From positions 494,394 to 558,393 of the forward strand of contig JAIVFI010000034.1 in the NCBI GenBank assembly GCA_025558095.1: a DNA stretch of 64,000 nucleotides, read 5' to 3'. Each line of letters begins with the position of its first letter. Positions within the stretch are counted from its first letter, which is position 1. This DNA comes from Hyaloraphidium curvatum SAG 235-1. Taxonomy: Eukaryota > Fungi > Monoblepharomycota. Position numbers and translations under genes: made by a program. Under the pieces are notes generated by a model that was given only the letters and a program-made list of their open reading frames with translations, was not told the origin of the DNA and searched no databases. This document shows positions 58,280 to 64,000 of this stretch, piece after piece.

Positions 58280-58484
58280 TTCGGAGCGGTCCGCGGGGAA
58301 GGCACGTGGGGTCCTGCGGGCGGCGGCCGTCGCCGAAGCGAGGCGCCGAAGCGAAGCTCCGCATTGCCGATCCCCCACCGCCTTTCTCCATCCGTCGCCG
58401 GTCGCGCGCCACCGGAGACCCGCGTGCCACCGTGTGGACGCGTTCCCCGCCCGCCCGGCGCGCCCCGTGCATCCCCGCCGCGGC

Positions 58485-60547
58485 ATGGCCTCCAACTTCA
58501 GCAGCCTCGCCGACAGCCCGGCCCTGGCCAACGGCGCGGTCTACGTGCTCGTGCTGACCGGCGTGCTGGCCGTGCAGTCGCTGATCGAGCGGCTGCGCGA
58601 CGTGTGGCGCCTCGAGCGCAAGAAGAACCACCTGGCCGCCGCCACCGCCGACGCGGCGGCGAGCACGGCCCCCAAGGTGCTATGCGCGTTCCCGAACAGC
58701 AAATCCGGTGCTTGACCCGTGCTCCCTTTTTGCTGCACGGCCCAGCACCCGGAGCTGTTCCTGAAGTACCACCGCCTGCGCATGGACCACGCCCCCATGC
58801 CTCCGCCCTCGGATTTCGGCACCTCGTTCGGCACCATCGAGCTGGTCCAGCTCGTGGCGCTGCTGGTCCTCAACGCGCTGCTCATGGTCCTGCCCGTGGA
58901 ATGGCCCGAGGACGGCGATTCGGCGTGGGACCTTGCGGCGGTGGCCAACCGCATCGGCTGGGTCGGCCTGGGGAACGCCTTCTTCATCATGATCAGTGGG
59001 CCTCGGCGTCCGGATCCGCCTTACCGTGTAGCCTTACCGCCCATTGGCAGCCGCCACGCGCACCTCGATCCTCACCCCGCTCATCGGCCTGCCCTTCGAG
59101 CGCAACCTGCTCTACCACCGCTGGTTCGGCTACCTGATCGGACTCCAGATCACCCTCCACGCCATCCTGCACTTCGTCTACTTCTCCCAGTTCGGCGTCC
59201 TGGTGCAGCAGATGGCCGTCAAGACCAACGTCTACGGCGCCGTCGGCTGGTCTGCCTTGCTCGTGCTCGTGGGGTTCAGCTTCCCCGCGGTGCGCCGCAG
59301 GATCTACCAACTGTTCAAATTCACGCACTTCCTCTTCATTCTCTTCGTGATCTTCGGCTGCCTGCACGTGCCCGCCATGGCGTGGTTCATAGGCCTCGGC
59401 GCGGGGCTGTGGCTGGTCGACAGGGCGGTGCGGTTCTGGCGGAGCAGGCAGCGCGTCGAGGTGCTGGACCTGGTGCCCCTCCGGGCCGAGGGCAAGAGCG
59501 CGGCGGTCAAGGTGACGCTCAAGGTCGGACACGGGAAGCCGAGACACTTTGAGGCTGGGCACTGTACGTACATCGTTCCGCGGGGCCGTGGGATCGGGCG
59601 CTGACGTTCACGTTCCCGCCGTTGCTCCAGATGCCTTCCTCAGCGTGCCGCGTATATCCACGTACCTAAACTACCACCCAATCACCGCCATGGCGGCCCC
59701 CGACCTCGTCGGAAGCTCCGGGATGGCGCACCTGCTCGAGGACAACTTCACGGCACCGTGCCTCCTCCCCGACGGATCCGTCCCGGACGGCACGGTCGTC
59801 TCTTTTGCCATCAAGGTGTTTGGCGGCTTCACGGGGTCGCTCTTCGACGCCGCCGCAAGCGGAACCGCCAAGGCCGGCGCCGCGCAAACCGACCTCGAGC
59901 TCGCCGTCCCCGCCGGCAAGGGAGCCGACGGCGGCGCATCCCCCCCGATCCCGCGGGACCTGCAGCTCTGGTCCGTCGACGGGTTCTACGGCGCCTCCCT
60001 CGTCGACTTCTGCGACCACGCCGCCTGCGTGCTCCTCGGCGGCGGCATCGGGATCACCCCCATGGTCGCCATCGGCCTGGACATGGGCCACAGGATGTGC
60101 ATGCCGCTGCGCGTGCCCAGGGCCGACGGCCGCGCGGTGCCGACGCTGGCGATGGCGGCGCGGGATGTGTATTTCGTGTGGTGGACCAAGTCGCTGGCCG
60201 AGTACGGGTGGCTGCGCGGGGAGCTGGGGAGGATGATGGGGCTGGCGAGGAGGGCGGCGGAGCTGGGCAACGGGCTCCACATCCGGGTGTTCGTCACCCA
60301 CGAGCCCGAAGCGGACCTCGCTGCGCTGGGATACTCGGAGGACGAGCGCGAGGCGATCCGGTTCGCGATGGAACCGCAGGCCGCGGTGATGAAGGGGGTG
60401 AGGGAGGCTCACCCGCAGGGGGACGTGGCGGTGGCCGTGTGCGGGCCGGCGATGATGATCCGCGAGACCAGGAACCTCTGCGCGGGGAGGGAGCTCAGCA
60501 ACGCGGACGGGATATTCGACGTGCACTGGGAGTCGTTCGAGTACTGA
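58485..60547 (+). CDS. Ferric reductase (FRE/NOX-like) transmembrane protein
   Basis: YHRWFG...LHAILH, YQLFKFTH...LHV, YHPIT, VDGFYG, LLGGGIGITP, CGP, HWESFEY. Confidence 0.92.
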
Positions 60548-60994
60548 GGCAAGAGTCTGATGTGATGGAAGAAGACTCGTGAGGCGCCGATCGGCCATCG
60601 TGCCATGACTCGAACTTTCCACTGCGGACGCCATGTTGTGAACTGGACAGCTGCCGCGGCCGCGGTCGAGGTCGCGTGGCCGAACGATCTGAGGTGGCCG
60701 TGTCGAGAGATCGAGGTCGGGAGACGGGGCAACGGCCGACCAGTCCCGCAACCATCCGTGCTTCGACGTCCGGATGTGATAAATAAGCTTCCTGTGGGTC
60801 TGTTCAAGTCCTCGAAGGCGGATTCGCGGATGTCGATTTCGGGAGCGCCCCGGTTGGCCGGTCAGGGCCCGCCCAGCCCCGGGGCGCCGCCACGCCGCCG
60901 GACCCGCGAAACTGCCGACGGACGCGTTTTCCGCCATCTGTCCCCTCCCTCCGGCCCCGGGGCCCGCCCGAGTGCCCGCGCCGCGCCGCTCCCG

Positions 60995-63622
60995 ATGATC
61001 CGCGCCTCGAGCGGGCGCGTCCGCCGCGATGCGCTGCTCCTCGCCGCGCTGCTCGCGCTGCTCCTCCTCCCCTCCGCGCTCGCCATGGAGCGCCGGCCCG
61101 GCCGCCGGCCCAAGCCCAACGTGGACCGCTTCGCCGCGACGGTGCAGAAGTACACGGCCCAGTTCATCGAGCCCAACGCCGTGCGCGTGCTCAAGGAGGA
61201 GAACCTGGACCTGACCAAGTGGGACTTCAAGCTGCTGGCCACCAGCGGGCAGGCCTTCATCCAGCGCGGGCCGTTCAAAGGCCGCGTGGCCGGCATGGGC
61301 GTGAGGAAGCAGCCCGTGGTGGTGCTCAAGGACGCAAAGGTCTGCCGCCTCTCCTCGTAGTCCGACTGCCCCCAGCCTGGAACCGAACTTGCCCCCGCCC
61401 ACAGTTCCACCACGACGAGGACATGAAGAAGGAAGACGACGCCTCTTTCGAGGCGCTCAAGTACGAGATCGAGGGTGGGATCCGCCGCACCCCGTACCTG
61501 TGCCTGCTAACCCATTGCTCCTCGTCCAGTCATGAAGGAGGTCAACGGGTTGCCCTTCATGGTCCGCTACCTCGGCTCCAAGGTAGCCCCGCTCGACATC
61601 AAGATCTTCCTGTCCAACGCCCAGGCTGGGTCCATCGAGAACATGATGAAGATTAGCGTCAAAGACGAGGAGGAGTTTGCGCCCTTCTCGCTCGACGACG
61701 TGAACGTGCGGAAGCTCATGGCCGAGATGCTGATGGCCGTCGGCATACTGCACAACAAGGGTTTCCTCCACCGCGACATCAAGGTGAGAAGGAGGAGGGA
61801 CCATGAGATGCCGTGTGCCTGACTTTTCCGGCAGATGGAGCAATTCCTCATCGGCAACGACGGGCACGTCCGTGGGGGTCTCCTTGCGAACCCGCCCTGA
61901 GCGCACTCGCAGAAGCAGCTGACCACCCCCAACCCACCCCCCCTTTCCCGTTCCCCCGCCCTCCTTCCCAGGCCTCACGGACTTCGGCCTGGCGATCCGC
62001 AACGACCCCAAGGTCATCTTCACCGACATGATGAAGAGCACCAGCTCCATCTTCCTCCGCAAGCCCACCGGGTTCAAGCGCGACGAGATGCTCCTCGAGG
62101 GCGCGGGCATCCACATGATGCTGCAGAACCTGCAGTACAGGGCGCCGGAGCTGCATGAAGCGGTACGCCTTTCCCGCTTTCACCGCTGGTGCACGATTTG
62201 GGAGCTCACGCGTCGCGTGCAACCCACAGGGCCAGATCTCGACAATCCAAAGCGATATTGTTACGGCCATCTACGAGAAGAAGGTCGAGGCACTAAAGGC
62301 CAAGAAGCGAGCGGCGTCGGCGGCTGCGACGGGCAAGCAGAAGGAGAGGCTCGGCGACCCGGAGCGGCTCACCAACCCCGAGATCGACAAGCTCCTGGAG
62401 GAGACCAAGCTCGAGGCGGCGCCGGTGCTCAAAAAGCTGCAGGATCAATTCCTGAACAGGCTTGGAGAGAGCTTCGTCTACGGGAAAGGCGTGGACGTAT
62501 ACGCGCTCGCTATGACCTTCTACGAGTGCGCGTTACTTTTGTTGTGTTGCTCCTGATCCCGGCCTGACACATGCGCCGCCAACCCCTTTCTCCACCCGAC
62601 AGAATGGCATCGGGCTACGCCTGCGCCTCCAAGTTGAAGGGTCCCTACCCGCTGAGCGATCGAGCCGGCCGCTCCTACATCCCGGACTTTGACAAGGAGC
62701 TCGACTTCAGCTACCTGCGTTCCGTCCTGCAGATCATGGGCACCAGCGACCAGGTCGAGAACGACTTCGTCGACCTGCTTAGCAAGATGCTCGCCAAGAG
62801 CCAGCGCGACCGCGTCACGGGCGTGCAGACCCTCCTCGCGCACCGCTTCTTCTCCTCCGCCGGCATCACCTTCGATACCGTCATCAAGGCCGGCATCGCC
62901 TCGGCCAAGTACGACAACACGGAGCTCCCCTCCTCGCTGACCACCACCGCGCAGCCGGTCCAGCGCCGCAACGGCTTCCCCGCGCCGCCGCTGCTGGACC
63001 TGCTCAACCAGCTGGACGACCTCCTGAAGGACACGACGCTGTGGGCCGTGGACCAGATCAGCCTCGACGGGGACGCGGACGGGCCGCTGGTGGAGATCGA
63101 GAGGGAGGCGGAGAAGGGGACGATGGTGCCCCGGACGCGCACGTGGAGCCAGCGGATGCCCCAGGAGGCGATCAGGATCAGGGACAGCAAGGTGATGGAG
63201 GCGCTCAACGCCGTCGGCGAGGGTGGCGAGGGCGGCGACGAGGGATACGAGGGGGAGGGGGACGAGGGCGGAGAGGGCGGGGAGCAGGACGACGGGTTCG
63301 GTTCGCCGGACGATGTCATCCCTCTGCCGAAGCCGAGCGGAGGCAGGAACTCGGGCAGCACCGGACCGAACAATTCCAACAACAACCGGAACAACGGACC
63401 TACCACCAACCGGAACAATGGGGGAGGCTCCAACAACAGAAACAACGCGGGAACAACAGGTGGACCGTCGATGCCCAGGAGGGCGACAACGAGCCGGTGG
63501 ACACGCCGCCGGTGGAGGCGGAGAAGAACAGGAACAGGGCGAACGCGAAGGGGTCCGGCGGGACGGGCGGCGGGCGCAACGGAGGCGGCACAGGGAGAAA
63601 CGGCAGGAACGGGGACCAGTGA
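60995..63622 (+). CDS. Signal-peptide-bearing protein kinase-like protein, multi-exon
   Basis: LLLAALLALLLLPSALA; VVLK, LKYEIE, HRDIK/MEQF, LTDFGLA, YRAPE, DVYALA. A probable frameshift near 63447 gives stop 63622; the uncorrected frame stops at 63689. Confidence 0.8.
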
Positions 63623-63757
63623 ACCTCGGGGAGCATTCGGTTTCCGTGATCTGGTGCATGTCTCATTGAAACGCAATGCATTACGATAGTTCCGGTTACA
63701 AATGTAGACACGAAAGGGAAAGCTCGTGGATGCTGGCCGATCGGCTCGGATGCAGAT

Positions 63758-64000
63758 TCAGCTCGGCACGAGCACCCGCCAACCCTTGGTTCCTCCGGCG
63801 TCGATTTCGCGGTGCGCCTCGGTCACCTCGTCAAACCCAATCTTTCGCTCCACTTGCACCGTCAGCACGCCACGGCGTACTGCATCGATCAGCTGCCCCA
63901 GATCCTCGCGGAAGTCCCCGGCAGCTTGGCCCGGCGCCATGATGCTGTAGAAGCTCACATAAGGCCCCCAGGGCAGCACGTTCCGAGCACCATCGCCCTG
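63758..64000 (-). CDS. C-terminus of an MDR-family NADPH:quinone oxidoreductase, partial
   Basis: DLGQLIDAVRRGVLTVQVERKIGFDEVTEAHREIDAGGTKGWRVL. Confidence 0.7.
   Translation of the reverse strand, partial: QGDGARNVLPWGPYVSFYSIMAPGQAAGDFREDLGQLIDAVRRGVLTVQVERKIGFDEVTEAHREIDAGGTKGWRVLVPS

Noticed and set aside
22559-63447. Programmed frameshifting at single-base shifts (about 22559, 35394, 37140, 40779, 55410, 63447)
   Set aside because: No slippery heptamers seen; several sit in short G/C runs, so assembly indels or decay are more likely.
1-64000. Hundreds of long overlapping Arg/Pro/Gly/Ala-rich ORFs
   Set aside because: Shadow frames of high-GC coding sequence with no recognisable motifs.

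Overview
GC-rich eukaryotic DNA with many short (about 55 nt) spliceosomal introns. Gene content (OSH3-like, questin oxidase, ferric reductase) suggests an early-diverging fungus, possibly Monoblepharidomycetes; this is inference only. Both flanks hold ordinary host genes, several of bacterial type. A near-perfect 1.3-kb inverted duplication ends in tRNA-Met 5' halves. The main discovery is a 20.1-kb island (35258-55364) that truncates a P450 on the left and a secreted S/T-rich gene on the right. It carries an intron-containing serine recombinase, a DUF6729/Mutator-like DDE transposase, an intron-containing HNH-like nuclease, decayed cargo, and a perfect 15+2+15 bp palindrome next to the recombinase. 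Its two ends share a CCG and rejoin in frame into one gene. This suggests a circularly permuted, reintegrated circle of a giant eukaryotic mobile element whose true termini are the palindrome arms. All family calls come from manual motif recognition; no searches were run. Several single-base frameshifts may be assembly errors.
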